Below are positions 8,870-16,600 of a stretch of 25,183 nucleotides of DNA, piece by piece. The stretch comes from a virus (lineage: Duplodnaviria > Caudoviricetes): the IMG/VR virus record IMGVR_UViG_3300005611_000181, positions 1 through 25,183 of that record. One strand, written 5' to 3'. Below the pieces are notes generated by a model. It did no database searches. It was not told the DNA's origin and saw only the letters and a list, made by a program, of their open reading frames with translations. A program made the translations under genes and the position numbers. How positions within the stretch are numbered: the stretch's first letter is position 1; each line of letters begins with the position of its first letter.

Positions 8870-10313
8870 AGACGGCACTCCGCCCACGGGCATTGCCTTC
8901 CTCGCGTTTACCAAAAAGGCCGCAACTGAGGCCAAGGAACGCGCGGCTGCCCGCTTTAACCTAGACCCCAAGAAGGACCTGTTCTACTTTCGCACACTGC
9001 ATAGTCTTGCTTTGACACTGTCTGACATACGCCCCGAACAGGTGATGCAGCCAGAAAACTATCGTGAGCTAAGTCAGGCTATTGGGGTAACCCTACAGTC
9101 AGGGGCCAAGCCAAACATCGACGATGATTTGGCAGACATGGTCAACCAACACGATCCGATCATCGGCCTGATCAATCTAGCGCGGATCAAGAAGACCGAC
9201 CTGCGCGAAGAGTATAACAGAAGCGATCTGGAAGAAGATTGGAACACGGTAAACTTTGTGGCCAAAAGTCTTCGTGCTTACAAGAAGGGCAACAACCTCT
9301 ACGACTTCACCGACATGCTTCAGAATTTTGTTGATGACAGTCACCGCTTCTGCCCACGCTTTAATCTATGCTTTTTAGATGAGGCGCAAGACTTGTCGCC
9401 GCTACAGTGGGACATAGCCCATCTGATCGAACAGAAGGCTGAACGCATGTATTGCGCAGGCGACGACGACCAAGCCATCTACCGTTGGGCGGGGGCCGAC
9501 GTGGATCACTTTATCAACCTAGACGGGCCGTCCGAGACACTTTCTAAGTCGTACCGCATCCCGTCAACTGTACACGGTATAGCCGAGGGTATATCCAAGC
9601 GTATATACAGACGTTACCCCAAGCGATACGAGCCGAGAGAAGAACGCGGAAACTACTCACGGATCACTAACGTGTCTGAACTGGACATGTCCCGCGGCTC
9701 TTGGCTTGTATTAGCCCAAGCAGGATACCTGTTGCAGCCCGTCGCTGCCGACCTACGCTCCAATGGACACCTGTTTATCTATCGCGGATCACGGTCCATT
9801 AACGAGAAACTAAGTGACGCCGTCAACGGGTGGACCGACCTACAAAAGGGCCGCACTGTGTCAGGAAAAACAGGCCGCAATATCTACAGCTACATGTCTA
9901 CAGGCAACCGCATTGCACGGGGCTACAAGAAACTTACAGGCGTAGAGGACACAGACGAACTCAGCTTGGCGCACCTACAGCTACACCACGGGTTAAACGC
10001 CGACGAAAACATGATCTGGTCAGAGGCCATGGACCGCATACCAGACAAAGACCGAGCTTACATCACCGCGCTCTTGCGCCGTGGCGAGAAGTTCAATGGG
10101 ACGCCCCGCATTACAGTGTCCACGATCCACGGATCAAAGGGTGGCGAGGCCGACAACGTAATCTTGTTTACTGATCTATCTGCGGCAGCGGATGAGCAGC
10201 TTAAACATAACCCAGACGACATACACAGAGTGTTCTATGTGGGCGTAACGCGGACCCGCAAGAATTTGTTTGTCGTTGAACCCGAAGACGCGCAGAGGAG
10301 TTATCCGTTATGA
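8796..10313 (+). CDS. UvrD/Rep-like SF1 DNA helicase
   Basis: Motifs GPPGTGKT, DEAQD, GDDDQAIY, SYR, STIHGSKGGE and YVGVTR. Confidence 0.93.
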   Translation: MFRIFGPPGTGKTTTLLNMVDKALEDGTPPTGIAFLAFTKKAATEAKERAAARFNLDPKKDLFYFRTLHSLALTLSDIRPEQVMQPENYRELSQAIGVTLQSGAKPNIDDDLADMVNQHDPIIGLINLARIKKTDLREEYNRSDLEEDWNTVNFVAKSLRAYKKGNNLYDFTDMLQNFVDDSHRFCPRFNLCFLDEAQDLSPLQWDIAHLIEQKAERMYCAGDDDQAIYRWAGADVDHFINLDGPSETLSKSYRIPSTVHGIAEGISKRIYRRYPKRYEPREERGNYSRITNVSELDMSRGSWLVLAQAGYLLQPVAADLRSNGHLFIYRGSRSINEKLSDAVNGWTDLQKGRTVSGKTGRNIYSYMSTGNRIARGYKKLTGVEDTDELSLAHLQLHHGLNADENMIWSEAMDRIPDKDRAYITALLRRGEKFNGTPRITVSTIHGSKGGEADNVILFTDLSAAADEQLKHNPDDIHRVFYVGVTRTRKNLFVVEPEDAQRSYPL

Positions 10314-10516
10314 ACTGTTGGCATTGCAAGACCGAACTAATCTGGGGTGGTGACCACGATTGTGACGTAGAAAGTTACGACGTTGGAATAGCCGCTGACG
10401 GTGGCGAAGATTTAGAACTTATGCACGAAGAATACAGCATGGTCACAAACCTCACATGCCCCAATTGTAAATCACTTCACTTAGTATACTACCCCGTGGA
10501 AAGGAACACTCAATGA
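10310..10516 (+). CDS. Small zinc-ribbon protein
   Basis: CWHC...CPNC; RBS GAGGAG; ATGA coupling to the helicase. Confidence 0.75.
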   Translation: MNCWHCKTELIWGGDHDCDVESYDVGIAADGGEDLELMHEEYSMVTNLTCPNCKSLHLVYYPVERNTQ

Positions 10517-10749
10517 GTTGGGATTACTATTGGGCAGTCAGGGACGACGGTTTGTACATCTGGGAAGATAATGTCAAAATAGCAAAAATACCTCCAGACC
10601 AATTCGTTTTTATAATGGCCGATATGGCGCAACATCTACAATGGCAGGTTACAGATGGCACTACAAATGGCAATGTTCGCTCCAAAGAGCGAGTGGGTTC
10701 CACCACACGAGCTACCCGACATAACGGGCGCGAAGAAAATAGCGATTGA
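10513..10749 (+). CDS. Hypothetical protein
   Basis: RBS AAGGA and ATGA coupling. The 3' end overlaps the polymerase start by 95 nt. Confidence 0.6.
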   Translation: MSWDYYWAVRDDGLYIWEDNVKIAKIPPDQFVFIMADMAQHLQWQVTDGTTNGNVRSKERVGSTTRATRHNGREENSD

Positions 10750-12547
10750 TGTCGAGACACGCGACCCTAATCTAAAGCAAAACGGTCCGGGATGGGCCAC
10801 GGGCGACGGTGAAGTTGTAGGCTACGCAATCGCCGTGGACGACTGGTCTGGATACATTCCAATTCGGCACGTTGGTGGCGGCAATCTCGACGAGAAAATC
10901 GTCAACCGTTGGCTCAAGAAGGTATTTGAATGCCCTGCCGACAAAATCATGCACAACGCACAATACGACATGGGTTGGATACGCCGCATGGGCTTCGACA
11001 TAAAGGGCACGGTGTACGACACAATGATTCTAGCGTCCCTACTCGACGAGAACCGTTTTAGCTACAGCCTGAACGCACTTGCCTACGAGTACCTAAACAA
11101 AACAAAGTCAGAAAAACTTCTGACAGAAGCAGCGCAAGCGTTTGGCCTCGACCCAAAGGCCGAAATGTACAAGATGCCCGCCATGTTTGTCGGACCCTAT
11201 GCCGAGGTGGACGCTGAAGTCACGCTCGAACTCTACAACTTCCTACGCGTTAAAATAGAACAGGACGGGCTAGGACAGATCATGGACCTCGAAACACGGC
11301 TCTTGCCCTGCTTGGTGGACATGACATGGCGCGGTGTCCGCGTCGATCTGGAAAAGGCCGAGCGCACACGGAACGCGCTTCTTAAACGTGAAAAAGAAGT
11401 TTTACAAAACATTAAGAAGCTTGCGGGCTTTGATGTAGAAATCTGGGCAGCCCAATCGATAGCCAAGGCATTTGATGCGCAGGGTCTAACCTACGACAGG
11501 ACGGAGAAAGGGGCACCGTCCTTTACAAAGTCTTATCTTTCGGACCACCCACATGAATTACCGCAGATGATTGTCGAGGCGCGTAACCTAAATAAGACGT
11601 CTGGCACGTTTATCAATACGATCCTCAAGCACTGTCGGTCTGATGGGCGCATCCACTCGCACATAAACCAGATCAGATCGGACGACGGCGGGACGGTTTC
11701 GGGGCGCATTTCGATGAACAACCCCAACCTACAACAAATTCCTGCTCGCGACCCAGAGTTGGGTCCGATGATTCGCAGCCTGTTTTTACCAGAAGAGGGC
11801 GATCAGTGGGCGGCAATTGATTTCTCGCAACAGGAACCACGCATCTTGGTTCACTATGCTCATGTGTTTGGTGAACAGCGTGGGCAACCGTTACGTGGGG
11901 CCAAAGAGTTTGTTGAGCGTTACAACCAAGACCCAAGCACAGATTTCCATACGATGGTATCCGAGATGACCAACATTTCTCGGAAGCGGGCCAAGACGGT
12001 GGGTCTGGGCATTCTGTATGGAATGGGCGTCAACAAGCTTGCGGGCGAGTTGGACGTGCCTGTGGACGAGGCCAAGGATGTCTTGAAACATTTCAACGAG
12101 ACACTGCCGTTTGTTAAGGGACTGTCGATGGGCGTGATGAACCGCCTGAACCAGAAAGACAGTAAGGGCGAATTGCGTTCTCTGTTGGGCCGTCGCTGCC
12201 GCTTTAACTTGTGGGAGCCTGATACGTTTGAAATGAACAAGGCTTTGTCATACGAGGATGCGGTCAAAGCATATGGCGACACGGTGCGTTTGAAGCGGGC
12301 ATACACATATAAAGCGTTGAACCGTTTAATCCAAGCGTCTGCCGCGGACATGACTAAAAAGGCCATGGTAGATATCTACGAACAGGGCATGTTGCCCATG
12401 ATTCAGATACACGATGAGATCGCCATGTCAGTAAAAAATCGCGAAGAAGCAGAAAACATTTCTCAAATTATGCAAAATGCGATACCATTAAGCATCCCTA
12501 ACAAATGTGACGTTGAGGTAGGTCCAAGTTGGGGAGAAGCAAAGTAG
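10655..12547 (+). CDS. polA: Family A DNA polymerase with 3'-5' exonuclease
   Basis: Exonuclease motifs IDVET and HNAQYD. Polymerase motif A DFSQQEPR, motif B RAKTVGLGILYG, motif C QIHDE. Confidence 0.95.
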   Translation: MALQMAMFAPKSEWVPPHELPDITGAKKIAIDVETRDPNLKQNGPGWATGDGEVVGYAIAVDDWSGYIPIRHVGGGNLDEKIVNRWLKKVFECPADKIMHNAQYDMGWIRRMGFDIKGTVYDTMILASLLDENRFSYSLNALAYEYLNKTKSEKLLTEAAQAFGLDPKAEMYKMPAMFVGPYAEVDAEVTLELYNFLRVKIEQDGLGQIMDLETRLLPCLVDMTWRGVRVDLEKAERTRNALLKREKEVLQNIKKLAGFDVEIWAAQSIAKAFDAQGLTYDRTEKGAPSFTKSYLSDHPHELPQMIVEARNLNKTSGTFINTILKHCRSDGRIHSHINQIRSDDGGTVSGRISMNNPNLQQIPARDPELGPMIRSLFLPEEGDQWAAIDFSQQEPRILVHYAHVFGEQRGQPLRGAKEFVERYNQDPSTDFHTMVSEMTNISRKRAKTVGLGILYGMGVNKLAGELDVPVDEAKDVLKHFNETLPFVKGLSMGVMNRLNQKDSKGELRSLLGRRCRFNLWEPDTFEMNKALSYEDAVKAYGDTVRLKRAYTYKALNRLIQASAADMTKKAMVDIYEQGMLPMIQIHDEIAMSVKNREEAENISQIMQNAIPLSIPNKCDVEVGPSWGEAK

Positions 12548-12584
12548 ATTCATTTTTTACTCCTCTCGTTTTACCTCACAACTT

Positions 12585-12616
12585 GCCGCGGTATGCTCGA
12601 TTACCGCGGCTTTTTT
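12585..12616 (+). terminator. Intrinsic terminator of the replication operon
   Basis: Stem GCCGCGGTA/TACCGCGGC with an 8-nt loop, followed by T6. Confidence 0.85.
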
Positions 12617-12617
12617 C

Positions 12618-12651
12618 TTGCTTTTCCCATAGTATCCTATATATTCTTACA
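12618..12651 (+). promoter_or_regulatory. Promoter of the RHH gene with three operator heptamers
   Basis: TTGCTT at 12618. TCCCATA 12625, TCCTATA 12635 and TCTTACA 12645 occur at an exact 10-bp period. Confidence 0.65.
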
Positions 12652-12672
12652 CAAATAGTGAAAGGACAGCGA

Positions 12673-12816
12673 ATGAATACCGAAAAATGGAAGAGTGTGT
12701 TGGTTCCGATAGAGGTATATCGCGAAATAAAGCACATGGCAAAGTCAGAAGGCCGCACGATTAGCGGGCAATTACGAGTAATGTTCGAGATATACAAAAA
12801 ATCGGTTGACGCGTAG
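12673..12816 (+). CDS. Ribbon-helix-helix (Arc/CopG-like) regulator, 47 aa
   Basis: MNTEKWKSVLVPIEVYREIKHMAKSEGRTISGQLRVMF fits strand-helix-GRT-helix. RBS AAGGA precedes ATG 12673. Confidence 0.75.
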   Translation: MNTEKWKSVLVPIEVYREIKHMAKSEGRTISGQLRVMFEIYKKSVDA

Positions 12817-12840
12817 TATATTATCGCATATATAAAAGAC

Positions 12841-12887
12841 ACCTCATGAATGAACTAAAGCCTCGGACTTCGGTCTGGGGCTTTTTT
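12841..12887 (+). ncRNA. Putative ~47-nt small RNA with anti-SD 5' seed
   Basis: Promoter TTGACG 12806-N17-TATATA 12829 is followed almost at once by a terminator. The predicted 5' end reads ACCUCAUGAAUGAAC. Confidence 0.55.
12860..12887 (+). terminator. Intrinsic terminator with cUUCGg tetraloop
   Basis: GCCTCGGAC-TTCG-GTCTGGGGC followed by T6. Confidence 0.85.
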
Positions 12888-12900
12888 CTTACCTATGTAC

Positions 12901-12929
12901 TTGACAAAGTCCCATACATTGGCTAGATA
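12901..12929 (+). promoter_or_regulatory. Promoter of the small-gene operon with operator heptamer
   Basis: TTGACA-N17-TAGATA, with TCCCATA at 12910 in the spacer. Confidence 0.7.
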
Positions 12930-12959
12930 TCAAAAACGTTTTAATTTTATGAGGGTAAA

Positions 12960-13160
12960 ATGCCACAATACGAAATCATCCGCCATTACGAAAAATGCGA
13001 CGTACACGTCGTTAACGCCAAAAGCGAAGCTGAAGCCCGTTGGCGCGTCCTGAACCGCGGCGCAGGGTTCAAAAACTCTTTCGACAGCGAAGACACGCTG
13101 ATCGAAGTCAAAGTCGTCAACCCCGAGTTCGAAGAGGAGTTGAACGACGATGGACAATAA
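12960..13160 (+). CDS. Hypothetical protein
   Basis: RBS TGAGGG; first ORF after the 12901 promoter. Confidence 0.75.
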   Translation: MPQYEIIRHYEKCDVHVVNAKSEAEARWRVLNRGAGFKNSFDSEDTLIEVKVVNPEFEEELNDDGQ

Positions 13161-13299
13161 TACGTTGCTTATACAATCGTTGGAATACTGGGCGAAGCTG
13201 TTTCGTGAGGGGCTTTTGTCTGACGAATTTGCGCAAGATATTGCGCACGTTCTTGAGGACAAGGCTCACGACCTGAGATTGGAGCAAGAAGATGCCTAA
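13150..13299 (+). CDS. Hypothetical protein, 49 aa (absent from ORF track)
   Basis: RBS GAGGAG at 13134; MDNNTLLIQSLEYWAKLFREG...LEQEDA*. Confidence 0.65.
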   Translation: MDNNTLLIQSLEYWAKLFREGLLSDEFAQDIAHVLEDKAHDLRLEQEDA

Positions 13300-13432
13300 A
13301 GCACCCTTTAATAATAAGTGGTCCACGCTGACCACCGAAGAGTTGGATCGCATCTTGGACAGTGTTTTCTGGGATGTATTCTGGAAGAAGCGTTTAAATG
13401 TTCCCGAGAAATCTAAGGAAGTTACGCAATGA
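13292..13432 (+). CDS. Hypothetical protein, 46 aa (absent from ORF track)
   Basis: GGAG upstream; MPKAPFNNKWSTLTTEELDRILD...EVTQ*; ATGA overlap with the next gene. Confidence 0.65.
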   Translation: MPKAPFNNKWSTLTTEELDRILDSVFWDVFWKKRLNVPEKSKEVTQ

Positions 13433-13617
13433 CGAACCTTATGAAGTTAGCCCTGAAACGCGGTGCAATAGACGCCTACTACGGGCATTCTGGCAACCCC
13501 CGCATTGTAGACGCCTTAGGCAACACAATTGTACTCAAGACCGAAATGTCTAAAGACGAAATTAAAGCCTACTGGGAAGGCTATGACAGCCAAATCGATA
13601 GAAAGGAGTGGGAATAA
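13429..13617 (+). CDS. Hypothetical protein
   Basis: Coupled ORF with AAGGA RBS; contains RGAIDAYYG and AYWEGY. Confidence 0.7.
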   Translation: MTNLMKLALKRGAIDAYYGHSGNPRIVDALGNTIVLKTEMSKDEIKAYWEGYDSQIDRKEWE

Positions 13618-13790
13618 TGGATGAAGATGTACCCGTCTATGAATGCAAAAGAAAAGGCGATCAATTCATTTTCTTTTGCCCAAAGTGCGAAAAAACGCAT
13701 TACCACGCCCCAGAGGAAGGTCACCGTCTTGCGCACTGTGTCAACGATAACCATCACCCCGATGGTTATTATTTGTTGGAGAAGAAGTGA
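13617..13790 (+). CDS. Small Cys/His-rich putative zinc-binding protein
   Basis: CPKC..THYH....HRLAHC; RBS AAGGAG; TAATG overlap. Confidence 0.7.
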   Translation: MDEDVPVYECKRKGDQFIFFCPKCEKTHYHAPEEGHRLAHCVNDNHHPDGYYLLEKK

Positions 13791-14905
13791 TGAATAAGCG
13801 CAAGAAAATAAGAAGTCAAAGCGATGAGTTTGTTGAACCGCCGATGAGTTCTTTGGCAGACCGTCTGAATGCATCAGCCAACGGCATAGTCACAATGAGC
13901 GGACGTGGCCATGGACGTAAAACACACCACGGACGGGGGTCAAAGCGTAACGGACCACGGACCACGAAACGCGACATGCTTTACTTTGTCCGAGACTACG
14001 TCCGCGAGCTACGCGCCAACAATCCACGCTTGGAAGAAAACTGGCAGAACGCCATAGGTTGGGTGGACGGCAGGGATGTCGCTGATTTTCTAGTGAACGA
14101 GGTTCAGTATTTTGATTGCAGTGAAATCTGGGAATATGTTTGGCTTAACCTAGAAGAGATGTATCCCACAAACGATGTACCCCCTTCCCCTGATTGTATT
14201 CTACCCGCCGAAGCAGTTGGTTTATACCTAGACTACTGGGGAAAGTACTTAGACGAACCAAATGAAAACCAAAACATGTATCTTTGCATTCCCACCACAG
14301 AAGCGGAAGAACATGAAGAATTTAGATCACGTCACTACCGTGTTTTTTGTTTAGACCACCCCTACGAGCAGCCCGCACATGGCAAAGGACCGCAGCAAAT
14401 ACCAATGCCCCTTGGCGAAATAAGCGTAGTCGAGGGGATCGAACTGTTCGATGTCTATGATATCTCGCAGTACAAAGGGAACAGCAAAGCCCCACATGAT
14501 TGGATTGAGGAACAACAAGCTAATTTCGCAGCACACTTGCGTATCGTTGCCGCTTTGCTTGCGACAATCAATCAACCACGGTTCGTGGTTAGCGGAAAGC
14601 GAGACGTCAGCCTCGTCAAACGGCAGTCGTTCAAGAAAGCAACAGGACGCTTTACACCAGACAGTTGGAACATGGTGACATGGAACATCGAAGCACCCGT
14701 CAAATCTAAAGACTACAAAGAAGGCACAGGCGGCCGTCAGGCTCTACACTTTCGCCGTGGGTATTGGCGCAAATCCGAAAAGGATTGGGAACGATCCAGA
14801 TGGAGTGAAACACGTAAACGTTGGGAGCAGTATATTCACGGATACGAAGCAGGACATCCTGCGTTTGGGGTGAAAAAAAGCTACCACTTACCAAGGAAAG
14901 AATAG
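13787..14905 (+). CDS. Hypothetical phage protein with basic C-terminal HFRRGYWR motif
   Basis: A 372-aa ORF coupled to the upstream gene; no function recognised. Confidence 0.75.
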   Translation: MMNKRKKIRSQSDEFVEPPMSSLADRLNASANGIVTMSGRGHGRKTHHGRGSKRNGPRTTKRDMLYFVRDYVRELRANNPRLEENWQNAIGWVDGRDVADFLVNEVQYFDCSEIWEYVWLNLEEMYPTNDVPPSPDCILPAEAVGLYLDYWGKYLDEPNENQNMYLCIPTTEAEEHEEFRSRHYRVFCLDHPYEQPAHGKGPQQIPMPLGEISVVEGIELFDVYDISQYKGNSKAPHDWIEEQQANFAAHLRIVAALLATINQPRFVVSGKRDVSLVKRQSFKKATGRFTPDSWNMVTWNIEAPVKSKDYKEGTGGRQALHFRRGYWRKSEKDWERSRWSETRKRWEQYIHGYEAGHPAFGVKKSYHLPRKE

Positions 14906-14909
14906 TACA

Positions 14910-15101
14910 ATGATGGACGATAGGATTTGCATTTTCTATGTAGCCGACAGAGTGCAGGAAATCGTAGACGGCGACGCAACGCCAGAAGATTTCTTGAGCG
15001 AGTTGAACCACAACATAGGCGTGAACGCCAGATGGAAGCGCAACAACCCAGATGCGCTAACCGCGGACCTCCCGCCCATCGAGAAAAGAGGACGAAAATG
15101 A
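14910..15101 (+). CDS. Hypothetical protein
   Basis: Fills the gap in a tightly packed operon; ATGA overlap with the next ORF. Confidence 0.65.
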   Translation: MMDDRICIFYVADRVQEIVDGDATPEDFLSELNHNIGVNARWKRNNPDALTADLPPIEKRGRK

Positions 15102-15394
15102 ACGAGAAATTTTTAGAAGTGTACGTTTCAGATGAAGGCCTAACAGCAGAAGGCAAATTTAGAGCGGGAACCCACTTTCATTTCGACGACGACTTTCTCT
15201 GCAACCGTCTCGCAATCGATCAATACCAAATCGTTAAATCATGTATCAACATCCTAGAAGACGTCATGTATGAACTCGAAAAAGAGGTTAAAGCAGAAAA
15301 CGAATTCTTTAACGCTGAAGCCGAAAAAGCTATGAACAAACTATGGGACAAAATTAAAAAACCAAAAAAAATGAGCAAACGACATGGGGAATGA
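15098..15394 (+). CDS. Hypothetical protein
   Basis: ATG 15098 follows GAGGA and is preferred over the track start at 14927. Confidence 0.7.
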   Translation: MNEKFLEVYVSDEGLTAEGKFRAGTHFHFDDDFLCNRLAIDQYQIVKSCINILEDVMYELEKEVKAENEFFNAEAEKAMNKLWDKIKKPKKMSKRHGE

Positions 15395-15572
15395 AGCGCT
15401 CAACCCCGCCCAAAAGGCAGAATACCGTTTCCTCAAAAACGAAGTGGATAAATACGAACGAGAAGCAAACCGTGTCGATATGCATCCCAACGTACAACAC
15501 GACCTCTGGAGAGCGCGTATGGAGCTTAAACAGTTTGTTCGCGAACTACGGCAGCACGGAGTAAATATATGA
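15384..15572 (+). CDS. Hypothetical protein
   Basis: Overlaps its neighbours at both ends; helical amphipathic sequence. Confidence 0.7.
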   Translation: MGNEALNPAQKAEYRFLKNEVDKYEREANRVDMHPNVQHDLWRARMELKQFVRELRQHGVNI

Positions 15573-15748
15573 ACCACGACCCACGGCTCATCGATGTGGT
15601 GCGCGAGTTGACCGCTCGACAAAAAGAGTTCGACGATATCGTCTGGGACTACGGCGTTCACGACCCGCGGCTCGCGGCACTGGCCAACGAAATCCAACGC
15701 CTCAAAAAACTCGACGAAGACGGAATCTTAGTTGATCCTGTCTTTTAG
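15569..15748 (+). CDS. Hypothetical protein, 59 aa (absent from ORF track)
   Basis: RBS GGAG and ATGA overlap; MNHDPRLIDVVRELTARQKEFDD...VDPVF*, with HDPRL twice. Confidence 0.7.
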   Translation: MNHDPRLIDVVRELTARQKEFDDIVWDYGVHDPRLAALANEIQRLKKLDEDGILVDPVF

Positions 15749-15848
15749 TATATAGTCCCATACTTTCGTATACAATGGTATCTCAAATGCCCCATACTCT
15801 ATACTTCGTAGGGTATGGGATTTTTCGCATATTGTGGTACTCTATACT
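15746..15848 (+). promoter_or_regulatory. Operator-rich promoter region
   Basis: TAGTATA 15746, TCCCATA 15756 and TCGTATA 15766 at a 10-bp period; inverted pair TATGGGA-N4-TCGCATA 15813-15830; TATACT at 15843. Confidence 0.6.
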
Positions 15849-15946
15849 TGAGGGTACAAACCCCACGCTTTTTGACAATCAAATACCTCGTCCGACTAGG
15901 GTCACCCCGATAATGTCACGTTCATTCTTTTTTATGAGGTATCACC

Positions 15947-16258
15947 ATGAGTGATTTTAAAAAAATTGACGGTAAAGTCGTCATCACAACTATCGACGAA
16001 CTCAACAAGTTCGAAGCTCAAAACTTTCCAGACGGTGTCAAAGCCAAACGTAAACGCGACTTCTTTAATGACGGCGCATACATCGGCTTTAACCTAAACC
16101 GCTTCGCATATACCGACCTGCTCGCCGCAGAGTGCCACGCACTACGCGACAGAATACTAGGGTATAGCGGCAGCAGCTACGGGTTCCCGTTCGAACCATA
16201 CGTCGAAACACACACCGACGATAACGGTGAACAGTGGTTCGAAGTCTATACAGGATAA
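15947..16258 (+). CDS. Hypothetical protein (monocistronic)
   Basis: RBS ATGAGGT; has its own upstream control region and a downstream terminator. Confidence 0.8.
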   Translation: MSDFKKIDGKVVITTIDELNKFEAQNFPDGVKAKRKRDFFNDGAYIGFNLNRFAYTDLLAAECHALRDRILGYSGSSYGFPFEPYVETHTDDNGEQWFEVYTG

Positions 16259-16264
16259 CACCAC

Positions 16265-16302
16265 GCCTCGTGTGCCGTCGATCACGGTTCACGGGGCTTT
16301 TT
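16265..16302 (+). terminator. Intrinsic terminator
   Basis: Outer stem GCCTCGTG/CACGGGGC, inner stem CCGT/ACGG, followed by a T-tract. Confidence 0.7.
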
Positions 16303-16327
16303 CTTTGTTTGGCGTTACGTTTCTATA

Positions 16328-16549
16328 TATATATAGCCAGAAAAATAAAAAAAATATTTTTGAAAAAAATACCCGTAACCCGTGTAACCGTGTAACCAGA
16401 GGCACTTTGGCCATATAAACAAGGGGTTTGAGGGGTTACGCCGTAGGTTACACCCTGCGAAAACAACGTGTAGCCCTAGACAGAAATCAGGATTTGCGTT
16501 AAATGTCTCTGAAGTTTTTTTTTTTTTTTTTTTTTTCTGGCTCTATATA
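16328..16549. repeat. Inverted-repeat-bounded iteron cluster (candidate origin or pac region)
   Basis: AT-rich inverted repeat 16328-16354 / 16523-16549. GTAACC at 16375, 16384 and 16392; GGTTAC at 16434 and 16446. Confidence 0.7.
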
Positions 16550-16600
16550 AGTAAAAGCGTTATTTCTTGTTATTATAGCCGAAAAGTTATGGGGCATGAC

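Noticed and set aside
12488-12553. Minus-strand 21-aa ORF with a good RBS (GAGGAG) antisense to the polA end
   Set aside because: It lies almost wholly antisense to conserved polA codons, and I identified no convincing minus-strand promoter for it. It is kept only as the alternative to the sRNA reading.
16515-16536. 22-nt poly-T as a phase-variation tract
   Set aside because: It is not in a credible CDS or promoter spacer, it forms one arm of an inverted repeat, and its length may be a sequencing artefact.
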